Shown one piece after another: positions 36,914 through 45,926 of a DNA stretch of 64,000 nucleotides. The notes below the pieces were generated by a model. The model saw only the letters and a program-made list of their open reading frames with translations. It was not told where the DNA came from and ran no database searches. The first letter of the stretch is position 1. Each line of letters begins with the position of its first letter. This DNA comes from a virus. The position numbers and the translations under genes were made by a program. The stretch covers positions 3,176-67,175 of IMG/VR virus record IMGVR_UViG_3300042860_001108, one strand, 5' to 3'.

Positions 36914-37054
36914 TTACTTGAGGTCGTCCAGCAGCGTCTCTACCGCCTTGATCAGCGCATCGCACCAGTCCTTAGGCAAGCCGTTGTCGTTCTTGAGGTA
37001 GGCATACCGGACCAGTTCCTCTGGCGTCAGGCTTGAAGGTTGAATTCCTTGCAT
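36914..37054 (-). CDS. Hypothetical protein
   Basis: MQGIQPSSLTPEEL...; fills the gap before the primase. Confidence 0.5.
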   Translation of the reverse strand: MQGIQPSSLTPEELVRYAYLKNDNGLPKDWCDALIKAVETLLDDLK

Positions 37055-37305
37055 ATTTGCACCCATGCGGTTTCTGCGTTCTTGGCGGCTCTGAGGATCT
37101 CGATCAGGCGCTCGACGCGGGGTTGATACGGATTGAGAACATCGCCGCCCAGCATCCAGTTGTAGACGGTTTGGCGTGATGCCCCAGTGGCTTTGGCGAG
37201 GCGCAAGACGCTGAAGTCCAAGCTCACAGCAAGACGCCCGAGCGTGTTGCCCAGGCTCTTGGGAGCGTCCTTCACCGCCAGCACGGTTTTGACAGAGTAG
37301 GTCAT
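37027..37305 (-). CDS. HTH DNA-binding protein
   Basis: SVLRLAKATGASRQTVYNWMLG helix-turn-helix. Confidence 0.75.
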   Translation of the reverse strand: MTYSVKTVLAVKDAPKSLGNTLGRLAVSLDFSVLRLAKATGASRQTVYNWMLGGDVLNPYQPRVERLIEILRAAKNAETAWVQICKEFNLQA

Positions 37306-37311
37306 GGTGAT

Positions 37312-37331
37312 AAAAGGGGGCCGAAGCCCCC
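37312..37331 (-). terminator. Intrinsic terminator
   Basis: GGGGG-CTTCGG-CCCCC-TTTT on the minus strand after the SSB-like gene. Confidence 0.75.
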
Positions 37332-37338
37332 ATCAAAG

Positions 37339-38319
37339 TCACTCATCATCCCAATCAGCCGCCAGCTTGGCAAGAGACGACTTGGGTGCAGCGGGTGCAG
37401 CCTTCTCTTCCTTGCGTACGGTTGGCTCGACGGTCTCCTCAGCCTCTTCCACAGGCTCAGCCTTGGCCTTGGGAGGACGGCCACGCCGGGGTGCAGGCGG
37501 CGGTGCCTCTTCCTCTTCTTCCTCAGCCGCAGGAGCGGGTGCGGGCTTGGCAGCAGCCTTGGGGGTGGGCTTGGTGCCCTCCAGCTTCATCGGCTCGACC
37601 TTGTCGGTCTGCGCCACGGTCATGGTGATCGCACGCTTGGCGTCCTCAGACTGACCCTGCTCCGCAGCCGAGGCGTACTCGTCCTCGCTCAACCAGCGCA
37701 TCGGCTTGAAGAACAGCTTGGGGCTCTCCGACTTCGTGTCGAACTTCATGCGCGTGACCAAGGTCTCGGGAGAGACGCCCTGCGCAGCCAGATACCGGGC
37801 GTACGCTTGCAGCGGACGGTTGTCGCCTTCCTCCTTGCCGAAGATGGACGTGGCAGGCAACTGAAGCTGCATGACGTCACCGTCCACATCGTTCGCCAGC
37901 ACCACTGCCAGACGCTGGCTGTAGCGGCAGGCACGGCTATCACCCTGACCGGAGCCCTTCACATTCTGCGGGCACGAGGCGCAGTTGGTGGCCTGGGGGG
38001 TGGCTGCGCTGGCGTCTGGCTTCTCGCCGTCAGCCGACCAGCAGTCAGGGCCGCTGGGCGTGTCGCCGTCGTACGCCTTCATGTAGAAGGTGCGCCCGAT
38101 CTTGGGAGCGGCGTTGACGACAACCACATCGAGGAAGCGCTCATCGACAGCGGCAACTTCCTTGCCGTCCACCATCAAGCGGAACACGCCGCCCTTGATC
38201 GAGATGCGCTTGCCGCCACCACCGGCACCCCCTGCGAGGGACTTGGCGAGGGCAGACAGTTCGCCCTTCTTGGCGAACGCGGGAACGGCAGAGCCGGAGA
38301 AAAGTGCAATGTTGCTCAT
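37339..38319 (-). CDS. Putative ssDNA-binding/annealing protein
   Basis: RISIKGG.F, PDCWS.DG.P, C.SCP.N..GS...ACR; acidic C-terminus ending WDDE; located in the replication module. Confidence 0.6.
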   Translation of the reverse strand: MSNIALFSGSAVPAFAKKGELSALAKSLAGGAGGGGKRISIKGGVFRLMVDGKEVAAVDERFLDVVVVNAAPKIGRTFYMKAYDGDTPSGPDCWSADGEKPDASAATPQATNCASCPQNVKGSGQGDSRACRYSQRLAVVLANDVDGDVMQLQLPATSIFGKEEGDNRPLQAYARYLAAQGVSPETLVTRMKFDTKSESPKLFFKPMRWLSEDEYASAAEQGQSEDAKRAITMTVAQTDKVEPMKLEGTKPTPKAAAKPAPAPAAEEEEEEAPPPAPRRGRPPKAKAEPVEEAEETVEPTVRKEEKAAPAAPKSSLAKLAADWDDE

Positions 38320-38329
38320 GTGTAGCCTT

Positions 38330-38722
38330 TCACTTGGTTGACGGTTTTCTTACAGAGATGTCGAACTCGGTGTCCGAGTTCAAACCTGGGGGAATGGACC
38401 CAGGGTTTTCTTCCAAGAACAACTTCATGTTGGACTGGGCGATGCGCTTCTCCAGCAGGTCGAGCGCGTCGTGTTCCACCATGAACTTCTTGAAGCTGTC
38501 CCAGTCGTTGGTGTAGTACCGGGTCTTCTCCATCAGCGAGACGGTGCCGTGGTCGGTGCGCAGGGACTTGACCCCCGTGCCCCGCATGCGGTCCTTGATC
38601 TCGTTCTTGACGGACTGTTGCTGCTCCTTGATCGCCTCGATCTGGGCGTCGAGGTCTTGGATGGCCGAGCGCATCTTCATGTAGATGCGGACCAGCCTGT
38701 CTACGGGCAATTCGTCTTCCAT
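38330..38722 (-). CDS. Conserved phage replication-module protein (coiled coil)
   Basis: AGGAG RBS; T..GTV...DWDSF..F..E...DLLEKRI...PPGL. Confidence 0.7.
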   Translation of the reverse strand: MEDELPVDRLVRIYMKMRSAIQDLDAQIEAIKEQQQSVKNEIKDRMRGTGVKSLRTDHGTVSLMEKTRYYTNDWDSFKKFMVEHDALDLLEKRIAQSNMKLFLEENPGSIPPGLNSDTEFDISVRKPSTK

Positions 38723-38752
38723 GCTTTCTCCTTTTTTGAGTTAGTGTCCAAC

Positions 38753-38781
38753 ACTGTACATTGTCAAACTGGCTTCGGCAA
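38753..38781 (-). promoter_or_regulatory. Sigma70-like promoter
   Basis: TTGCCG-17 bp-TACAGT on the minus strand upstream of 38722. Confidence 0.5.
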
Positions 38782-41208
38782 CCCCCTTCCTGAAATTTCT
38801 TCTTCGAACAGCTTGACCAGCAGGGCGTTGTCGTCCACCTTGCTGGACAGGGCCTTGAACATGCGCTTCTCGACCGGCGACCCCTCGATGTGGATCACGG
38901 TGACCTTGTCGGAGTTCTGCCCCTTGCGGTCGGCCCGGGCGATGCACTGCACGTACTGCTCCACGCTCATCAGCGGGCCGTAGAAGATCACGGTGTCCGC
39001 AGCAGTCAGCGTGATGCCGTGTGCTGTGGCCTGGGGCTGCATGACCAGCACCCTCGGGTTGGGCTGCGTCTGGAAGCGCTTGATGATGTCGCCTCGCTTG
39101 GTCGCCGTGACCCCGCCGTGGATCTCCTCGCAGGCCACACCGTTCTTGGTGAGGAAGGCGCTGATGGTGCTGATGGCAGCGCGGAAGAGCGCGAACACGA
39201 TGACCTTGCGGTCTGTCTGCTCCAGCGCCTCGAGCAGGACGTTCAGCCTTGGCGTGGCGTCGAACTCGACCACCTCTTGGTTGTCGGTGTAGGACACCCC
39301 GGTGCTGATCTGCAGGAGCTTGTTGAGCACGCCTGCTGCGTTCACGGCAGTGATCGTCTCGCCCGCAGCCATCGCCACCATCTGGTCGCGCAGCAGGTTG
39401 TAGTACTTGGCCTGCTGTGGGGTGAGCGGCACCTCACGTGTGGTCGTGAGCACAGGCGGCAGGTCCAGGCACTGCGCCTTGGTGAAGCGTATGGCGGGCT
39501 GCAGCGCAGCGTAGACCCGGTCAGCAGCGTCGGGCTTGGGAGCCCACTTGAACATGGTGATCTTCTGCATCACCTGATCGCGCCACGCCGTGTAGAACTT
39601 GGGCACGTTGGTCGGGTTGACCAGCCGAGCAAGACCGTACGCATCCACAGGAGACTGCGCAGCAGGCGTACCCGTCATCATCCACAAATACGTCTCTGGC
39701 TTGATGATCGAGTTCAATGCTTTCCAACGTCTTGTTTGTGGGTTCTTATATGCGTTGCAGTTGTGTACTACCCAGTGATCCCCAACAAGGTAGTTAGGTG
39801 TCCCTTCAACTTCGAGGTTGAAGACATCGACGCCGCCTGGGCATTCGATATACGAAACACTTTCCACCCAAGCGTCGCCAGTTTCGCTTCCTTCTTGCGA
39901 TCCTGTTCTTGACGTGCCCGTGACGTGTGGCTGCTGCCATCCACTTCCAACCCCACCATCCGGTCGGGCCACGCGAAGTCGAGCTTGTAGTTCGTAGGAA
40001 AGCCGGGTTGCCTCCCGCCCAACGCTACTGGGTAGTTCCATACCCACCCCGCAGGCAAGACCTCGGAAATCAACCGCTCGGCTGGTGTCATACCCTGGCC
40101 GTTCCCGCCCCGTACTTTCGGCTTGTGACCGATGGCCTTCAGCGTTGCGGACAGCTTCGCTCGATGCTCCGCCGTTTTCGGACCCGTAGACCTGCCGCGT
40201 TGCTCGGGCAACATTTTGTTGAAGTAGCTGGCTCCGGGATTCTGAGAGTGGTATCTCTTCCGTGCGCAGGATTTCGAGCAAGTCAACCCAATCGGATGGT
40301 TGTTTGCCATACCCCACAACACTCGGTGCCGCAGATGGCGAAATTCCTGCCCGCAGGCAAGACAACTCAACACCAGACACGAGCCTTCTTCCCGCAAGAT
40401 TCTTGGCGCAGATCCACCCTGCGTCGGTGAAGAAGGGGTGCTCAGGGGTGCACCGGATGACTTTTCCGTTTCCAAGTTTGACCTCCACCAATCGCGTAGC
40501 AGTATTGCGTACAAGACGGTTTATAGGCGCTATTCCGTCAGAAGTCAACACCCTGTCCCCGGGCTGAAGCTGCTCAATTGGGCGTCGTCCCAGGGGCGTA
40601 GCCACGAACGTGCCCGCCACAAAACACTCATCAACAATTACGAGGTCGAAACGCCCGTCGTTGTTCACCTCATTGGCAATCAAGTTCAGGCCCTCGTAGT
40701 TCGTGATGACGAACTCGTAGTCCTCCTGTATCAACTCGATGCGTCGCGCAGCCTGTGCGTGGTGGGCCACCACTGCGCTCCTGTGGATGACGGAGTTACC
40801 CAAGTCCTGCATCCATGCGCTGTGCATGATCGACAGGGGGCACAGGATCAGGCACCGCCTGACCTCTCCGCGCTTCATCAGGTAGTCAGCCGCCCACAGG
40901 GCGCTGAGGGTCTTGCCCGTCCCGGGTTCTGACAGCACGAACGCACGCCGGTTGAACGTGAGGAAGGAGGAGGTCTCCTTCTGGTGGTCCATCGGGCGGT
41001 AGCGCCCAGGCCACTCATACCTCCCCTGGATGGGAGAGGGGACGTTCTTCACGCCCAGATTGCGCAGCACTCGAGCCTCATCTAACGACCAATAGACAGC
41101 GACTTGGTAGCCACCCTCGATGGGCAGCACCTTGTGCTTGGGGATGATGCTGTAGCGGTGCGGGTGTCGGGTGTTGAAGAGCAGTATGCGGTTGTCGAAT
41201 ATCTCCAC
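38764..41208 (-). CDS. SNF2-family helicase interrupted by an intein (525 aa after splicing)
   Basis: EPGTGKT (motif I), LVIVDE|..|CNAYKN (II), MTGTP (III), HGITLTAA, Q..AR..R.GQ (VI). Confidence 0.92.
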   Translation of the reverse strand: MEIFDNRILLFNTRHPHRYSIIPKHKVLPIEGGYQVAVYWSLDEARVLRNLGVKNVPSPIQGRYEWPGRYRPMDHQKETSSFLTFNRRAFVLSEPGTGKTLSALWAADYLMKRGEVRRCLILCPLSIMHSAWMQDLGNSVIHRSAVVAHHAQAARRIELIQEDYEFVITNYEGLNLIANEVNNDGRFDLVIVDECFVAGTFVATPLGRRPIEQLQPGDRVLTSDGIAPINRLVRNTATRLVEVKLGNGKVIRCTPEHPFFTDAGWICAKNLAGRRLVSGVELSCLRAGISPSAAPSVVGYGKQPSDWVDLLEILRTEEIPLSESRSQLLQQNVARATRQVYGSENGGASSEAVRNAEGHRSQAESTGRERPGYDTSRAVDFRGLACGVGMELPSSVGREATRLSYELQARLRVARPDGGVGSGWQQPHVTGTSRTGSQEGSETGDAWVESVSYIECPGGVDVFNLEVEGTPNYLVGDHWVVHNCNAYKNPQTRRWKALNSIIKPETYLWMMTGTPAAQSPVDAYGLARLVNPTNVPKFYTAWRDQVMQKITMFKWAPKPDAADRVYAALQPAIRFTKAQCLDLPPVLTTTREVPLTPQQAKYYNLLRDQMVAMAAGETITAVNAAGVLNKLLQISTGVSYTDNQEVVEFDATPRLNVLLEALEQTDRKVIVFALFRAAISTISAFLTKNGVACEEIHGGVTATKRGDIIKRFQTQPNPRVLVMQPQATAHGITLTAADTVIFYGPLMSVEQYVQCIARADRKGQNSDKVTVIHIEGSPVEKRMFKALSSKVDDNALLVKLFEEEISGRGLPKPV
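39760..40626 (-). mobile_element. Intein (289 aa) in helicase motif II
   Basis: Block A CFVAGTFVATP, block B CTPEHPF, block F VFNLEVEG..NY, terminal VHN, +1 residue Cys. Confidence 0.92.
39768..40514 (-). CDS. Vsr/DUF559-like endonuclease with Zn and NUMOD3-like modules, nested in the intein in the +1 frame (start uncertain)
   Basis: CLACG..F...TCSKSC; EHRAKLS; TPAE..I; YKLDFAWP...GLEVDGSSH...DRKKE..L..LGWKVFRISN. Confidence 0.82.
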   Translation of the reverse strand: MYAILLRDWWRSNLETEKSSGAPLSTPSSPTQGGSAPRILREEGSCLVLSCLACGQEFRHLRHRVLWGMANNHPIGLTCSKSCARKRYHSQNPGASYFNKMLPEQRGRSTGPKTAEHRAKLSATLKAIGHKPKVRGGNGQGMTPAERLISEVLPAGWVWNYPVALGGRQPGFPTNYKLDFAWPDRMVGLEVDGSSHTSRARQEQDRKKEAKLATLGWKVFRISNAQAASMSSTSKLKGHLTTLLGITG

Positions 41209-41225
41209 TTGCTTTCTCCGTTGTT

Positions 41226-41465
41226 TTACTTGCCGTTGTCCGCTTGGTTTGCTTTGCGGCTTCTCAGGCGTGTGTTCCCCGGGGTGCTCTTGCCACCCTT
41301 GCGCAGCGGTGTGACGTGGTCGATGTCCTTGCCTGCGCGGTCCACACCAGCCTTGTCGTAGGCCCTGCGTGCGCGTTGGCGCTCGATCTGATCGGCGGTC
41401 TCTCCGGTCGCCTTCTGCAGCTTGTACGCGTGCTTGTAGTCACGCTTGCCGTTGACTTGAGTCAT
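41226..41465 (-). CDS. Small HNH endonuclease
   Basis: DIDHVTPLRKGG....N.R.....N. Confidence 0.75.
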   Translation of the reverse strand: MTQVNGKRDYKHAYKLQKATGETADQIERQRARRAYDKAGVDRAGKDIDHVTPLRKGGKSTPGNTRLRSRKANQADNGK

Positions 41466-41603
41466 TTAATCGCTCCTCTGCTAGTCGCACTAGTCCCGCC
41501 GCCATTTCTGGAAAAGCGTCGTTTAGCTTCCGCATAAACAGACGTACCCAGTCATCGTCGTCCAAGGGGATACTTTTCATTATGTCCACTAGCTCCTGTC
41601 GTG

Positions 41604-41927
41604 TCATGATGCTTCTCCTTCCGCCATCTGCTTAAGCAGACAAAGTATTGCGTTGGTTTCCTCGACGTTGCTACTTTCATAGCCAGGGGCCCATTTGTCC
41701 CAGTTATACGCGCTTCTTGCACCGACGCTTAGTAAGGCTGTGGCACGCATCACACGTCGGTGCTTTCTAACGAGCTGCTGTATGCGAGTTGCAGACAGGT
41801 CGTATCTTTTGGCTATCGCTTTATACGTATCGCCGCGTTCCCTGTAAAACGCTACCTGACTACAGCGTAGTGCCACAGGAGAGATAACGCTTTGGCGACA
41901 CCCAACGAGGGGACGGTCTTTTTCCAT
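41604..41927 (-). CDS. HTH (sigma region 4-like) protein
   Basis: GDTYKAIAKRYDLSATRIQQL; GAGGAG RBS. Confidence 0.6.
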   Translation of the reverse strand: MEKDRPLVGCRQSVISPVALRCSQVAFYRERGDTYKAIAKRYDLSATRIQQLVRKHRRVMRATALLSVGARSAYNWDKWAPGYESSNVEETNAILCLLKQMAEGEAS

Positions 41928-41928
41928 A

Positions 41929-42600
41929 TCAACTCCTCTTCGTATTGAACGTACAGTCTTTGACGGGGCACCATCCGCACAGCGGGCTCTGTGAGGGGTT
42001 CCACACGTCGAACTCGTGCGCTGCCTCGAGCTTGGCAACGCGCTCCCGGTAGTCCCACCACGCAGCCTCTGCGTCTTCGTAGGACATCTTGTGCTTGACC
42101 ATGCTGCCCTTGACGATGAAGAACAGGGCAGACGAGACAGAGCGGATGTGGGGGAAGTGGGCAAACACCATTAGGGACATCAGCGTTAGCTGGTCCCTGT
42201 CTGGATACTTGTCATTGCCCGTCTTCCAGTCCACCACCCGGGCCGTCAGGTTGTCGTCATCCACGATGAGCAGGTCCGCGATGCCGCGCACCCACCTGTC
42301 GTCAGACTTGAAGTCACAGGGTCGCAAGTCCTTGGTCAGCGCCATCTCATGCTCGAACAGCTTCCTCCCGGGCTTGGCAAGGAGAACATCTACCACAGGC
42401 TGGAAGATCACGAACTCTGGCGGCAGCGGTGTGCCGTCACGCCCGTAGTCCTCGATGGCCTTGTGAACATCCTTGCCGTAGATGGTGTGCTTGGTGTCTG
42501 TGAACGGGAAGCGCTTCAGCACCGTCACTTCGTGATACTGCCGCGCACACTGCTCAAACTTCTTCAGGCCTGAATGGCTCCAAGTGACTGCGTTACCCAT
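41929..42600 (-). CDS. Cas4/RecB-like PD-(D/E)xK exonuclease
   Basis: WSHS.L..FEQC, G..VH, RGIADL...VDWKTG, QL, C.WCPV..C. Confidence 0.85.
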   Translation of the reverse strand: MGNAVTWSHSGLKKFEQCARQYHEVTVLKRFPFTDTKHTIYGKDVHKAIEDYGRDGTPLPPEFVIFQPVVDVLLAKPGRKLFEHEMALTKDLRPCDFKSDDRWVRGIADLLIVDDDNLTARVVDWKTGNDKYPDRDQLTLMSLMVFAHFPHIRSVSSALFFIVKGSMVKHKMSYEDAEAAWWDYRERVAKLEAAHEFDVWNPSQSPLCGWCPVKDCTFNTKRS

Positions 42601-42899
42601 TAGATCTCCGATGTGTTGATGACCTCGTTGAGCCGGTTGGCAAAGCGTGTGACGAACTTCTCGTTGTTCCACAGCCGGTGGTTCATGTCCTGCAAGATGG
42701 CGTGAGTGACCTCGTGCCAGAAGGTGTCGGACACCTCCTCGGTCTTGAACGACCGGCCCGTCAGGTTGCTGGTGGTGGCGATGGTGACCACACGCGTGTC
42801 GTGGTCCACCTCACCCATGTGCCCCCGGCAGGGCATCGTGTCCACCATGCGCACGGTGAACGTCTTGTTACTGAGTTTGAACTTCTTGGGGGTTTGCAA
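42600..42899 (-). CDS. Small HExxH metallopeptidase-like protein
   Basis: TFWHEVTHAIL...E; TTG start after AAGGAG. Confidence 0.65.
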   Translation of the reverse strand: MQTPKKFKLSNKTFTVRMVDTMPCRGHMGEVDHDTRVVTIATTSNLTGRSFKTEEVSDTFWHEVTHAILQDMNHRLWNNEKFVTRFANRLNEVINTSEI

Positions 42900-43080
42900 A
42901 GGCTTTCTCCTTTTCTTCGAGTAACGCAAGCGTGGCTTGCAGGATGCGGTTCTCAACACCCAGGTGAGTGGTGAGTTCACGCGCTTGTCCATACTTGCGC
43001 TCAAGGCACAGGTCGTGGATTGCTCGGGCCATGCGCTCGATCTCCATGAGCGGCATGGCGTAGTCGGTGATGGTGCTCAT
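42868..43080 (-). CDS. Hypothetical protein
   Basis: Overlap-coupled with the polA stop. Confidence 0.6.
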   Translation of the reverse strand: MSTITDYAMPLMEIERMARAIHDLCLERKYGQARELTTHLGVENRILQATLALLEEKEKAFANPQEVQTQ

Positions 43081-45056
43081 CCTTTTGCCAGTCCATATCG
43101 TCTGTTAGCACCGCCGTCTGCCGCCAGGGGAATCCCCGGCATGTAGCTCGGCTGCACGGTCATGCAGGCCAGAAGGTAGTCTTTGGCCTCATCTGCTTCA
43201 CTCTCCGGCGCGATACACAACGCCTCGTCGTGCACGGTTCCACAGACCGGATACCGCTTTCCTATGCGCAGCATCCCATCAGTCATCACACAACGCGCCG
43301 TGCCCTGCACCACGTTGTTCGTGACCTTGCCCGCGTAGAGCTTGCTTCGCTTGCCGTCCTTGCCGTCAGCGTAGCTCCACTGGACTCGGCCCTTCTCGTC
43401 TTGGTCAGGGCGGAGGTCAGGATACCGCACAGACATGCCGCTTGGCAAGACGATTTCGCCCTTGCGGAAGGTCAGGCACTTGTGCGTGTACTCCTTGCCC
43501 TTGTACAGGCTGTGCTCGATGAGTTGCCCCATCAGTTCCCAGAAGTCCACGACCGGGGCCGAGGCCGTGCGGTACTTGTCGATGATGGCCTTGGCTGCGA
43601 GGCAGTGGATGGCAAGCTCGAGGTCGGTGCAGGTGTGGGGGATCTCCTCCATCTTCTTGAGGTTCTCGTCCCAGGACAAGAACTTCTGCACGTCAGCGCC
43701 GACAACGCCAAGCTGCTTCGCCTCTTCCCTTGAGTACCGCTTGGGTGGTGCACCGAGGAACCCAGTAAGCAACTGGGCCGCGAAGCTGGCCCAGCCTAGC
43801 TGGTAGCCCGCGCCCAGCAGGGCTGACTTGGCCGACTGCCGCTCCACCGGGTGACTGTCCTTGGTCATGCCTGGGATACTGAACATCTGCGAACCGAACT
43901 GCGCGTAGGGATCACCACCAGCGCGGAAGATGTCGAGCAGCGCGTCGTAGTCCGCCAGCCACGCCAGCACACGCGGCTCGATCTGCGAGAGGTCACCGAC
44001 CACGATGACATGTCCCTCAGGGGCCATGATCGCCTTACGCAGAAAAGAGCCCCTCTTCAAATTCTGCATGTTGATCGCGCTGCCCTTGGCTGCAGTCCAC
44101 CGGCCTGTGGCTGCACCGTAGTAACTCAGGGGCACCGGCAGGTTGCCCCGGTCAGCAATGTCGAGGAAGCGCTGCGCTCGTGTGCGTTCGCTAGTGCTCT
44201 TGACCTTCAGTCTTGCTTCGCAGAGAAGAGCCACATCCTCATTCTCATGATTGAGCAGGGCCTGGAACAGTGCATCATTCTTAGCGAGAGCAAGCGTCTC
44301 TTCGCCTGTTGTCTTGCTGATCTTAGTCGGCGGATCGACCCCAAGTGCTTTGAGCGCTTGCGCAAATTGCGGGTTCGAAGCGAGAGTAGCTTCCACCATG
44401 CCGAGCTTTGCAAGGAGTCCTTCACGTGCAGTCCTTTCTTCTTCAATCGCCTGCGCCAACATCTCCTTGTCAAGCTGCAGCAGCGGGCGGGTGTACATCT
44501 TCAGCGTCATGTCGATGAGCTTCAACTCCTTGGTCGGGTAGCCCTCGATCAAGCGCAGGAAGATCTGCTCACACAGGTAGGTGTCGTGCTTGCAGTAGTC
44601 GGCAAGCTCTTGCTCGATGTGGAACGGAATGCTCTCCAGCAGACCATCGGTGCTGTGCACCGCCTTGCCCTTGGGGGGAAGCTCGAACGCCTCGGCCAGC
44701 GTAGCCAGACTGTTGCCCACCTCCACGCCACGCAGGGCGCGGCCCATGCTGAGCGTGTCGAAGATGAACGCGGGCTGGATGCCATAGACCCAGGAGAGGA
44801 TCGTCACGTCGAACTGCGCGTTGTGGGCCAGCACAGCGGTGCGGGACCAGTCGATGCTGGACTTCCAGCGACCGATGCGGTCGCCCCTCACCCACACCGG
44901 GATCTCGTCGGTGCCGACGACCTTCCAGCACAGCCCCCACGCCTTGAAGCGCGGGTCGCGGACGTACTCTTCAGTAGTCATTTTGCTGAGCGTGTACTCT
45001 GCCCGAGACCATGCGGTCTCGAAGTCCAAGACGACGATCTTGTCGTAGGGTTTCAA
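43077..45056 (-). CDS. polA: DNA polymerase, family A
   Basis: LDFET and AHNAQFD exonuclease motifs; TGRW, N.QN, DLSQIEPR (A), R..AK...LG..Y (B), VHDE (C). Confidence 0.93.
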   Translation of the reverse strand: MKPYDKIVVLDFETAWSRAEYTLSKMTTEEYVRDPRFKAWGLCWKVVGTDEIPVWVRGDRIGRWKSSIDWSRTAVLAHNAQFDVTILSWVYGIQPAFIFDTLSMGRALRGVEVGNSLATLAEAFELPPKGKAVHSTDGLLESIPFHIEQELADYCKHDTYLCEQIFLRLIEGYPTKELKLIDMTLKMYTRPLLQLDKEMLAQAIEEERTAREGLLAKLGMVEATLASNPQFAQALKALGVDPPTKISKTTGEETLALAKNDALFQALLNHENEDVALLCEARLKVKSTSERTRAQRFLDIADRGNLPVPLSYYGAATGRWTAAKGSAINMQNLKRGSFLRKAIMAPEGHVIVVGDLSQIEPRVLAWLADYDALLDIFRAGGDPYAQFGSQMFSIPGMTKDSHPVERQSAKSALLGAGYQLGWASFAAQLLTGFLGAPPKRYSREEAKQLGVVGADVQKFLSWDENLKKMEEIPHTCTDLELAIHCLAAKAIIDKYRTASAPVVDFWELMGQLIEHSLYKGKEYTHKCLTFRKGEIVLPSGMSVRYPDLRPDQDEKGRVQWSYADGKDGKRSKLYAGKVTNNVVQGTARCVMTDGMLRIGKRYPVCGTVHDEALCIAPESEADEAKDYLLACMTVQPSYMPGIPLAADGGANRRYGLAKG

Positions 45057-45358
45057 TGCGTTTCTCCTTTGCGTTGCAGGTCGTTGGCGACCATGTTGGT
45101 GATGAACATCTCAGCGGCCTGCGTGACGATGTGGCCCGTGTCGTTTGCCGAGGAGTTGACACCCATGACCTTGAGCGTCTCCTCGTTCTCGACCAGCAGA
45201 AACACGCCGTGGTTCTTCTCATGCAAGAAGCAGCTACCCACCATGAGTATGGCCCGCACGAACTGGTCCGCCTCATCTGCAGGAAGCGCAGCGATGCGCT
45301 CCATCATCGCTACCATCTCGATGCGTTGCTTTAAGCTGTCTGTGTCTACTGTGCCCAT
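45053..45358 (-). CDS. Hypothetical protein
   Basis: Coupled to its neighbours. Confidence 0.6.
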   Translation of the reverse strand: MGTVDTDSLKQRIEMVAMMERIAALPADEADQFVRAILMVGSCFLHEKNHGVFLLVENEETLKVMGVNSSANDTGHIVTQAAEMFITNMVANDLQRKGETH

Positions 45359-45648
45359 GATTGCCTTTCTGCGAACCACTCTTCGAGCAGTTCAAGTGTA
45401 TCTTCCCTGACCACCATCGCGGACCCACCGGCACGGTGGATGTCTGCCATCTCACGCTCTTGCAGGGCAGTGGGCTTGTTAAAGCCTGCCTTACATTCTA
45501 CACCAAGGAACATGCCTCGGTAGCAGACGATGATGTCTGGTATGCCTGCTCGACCGTAGCCGTTCTGTGCAGGAAAGAAGTAGTAAGCGCGGTACTTCTT
45601 GATGATCTCGACGCACTTGGCTTTGACTTTACTTTCCGGGGTTGCCAT
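45346..45648 (-). CDS. VRR-NUC domain nuclease
   Basis: PESKVK...GIPDII....F.G.ECKAG..KPTALQ. Confidence 0.85.
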   Translation of the reverse strand: MATPESKVKAKCVEIIKKYRAYYFFPAQNGYGRAGIPDIIVCYRGMFLGVECKAGFNKPTALQEREMADIHRAGGSAMVVREDTLELLEEWFAERQSWAQ

Positions 45649-45926
45649 TAGCGCACCTTTCCTTCCAGGCGATCTGCAACTAGCTTGGCGTACCCGGCGA
45701 TGTCTATCCATGAATCTGCGTAGTCGGGATCACCGTTCACGATGCGGCCAATCTTGTGACAGATCATATCCAAGGCCTCCTGCTGATCCTCGACCAAACT
45801 CTTGTCCCGTTCGACCAGTGCGTATTGAATGACTGTCTTAAGCTGCTGCGTTACCTTGGCGTGACCGACGAAAGTACCGTAGCGGGAACCGCGTTCGTTC
45901 AGGGTTTGATTGATGTCTGTTGTCAT
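45648..45926 (-). CDS. DUF6378-like conserved phage protein
   Basis: ERGSRYG.F...KIGRIVNGDP...DSW.DIAGYA.L. Confidence 0.75.
   Translation of the reverse strand: MTTDINQTLNERGSRYGTFVGHAKVTQQLKTVIQYALVERDKSLVEDQQEALDMICHKIGRIVNGDPDYADSWIDIAGYAKLVADRLEGKVR

Noticed and set aside
41929-42600. Cas4-like gene as part of a CRISPR-Cas system
   Set aside because: It is a solo PD-(D/E)xK exonuclease in the replication module, with no other cas genes or array
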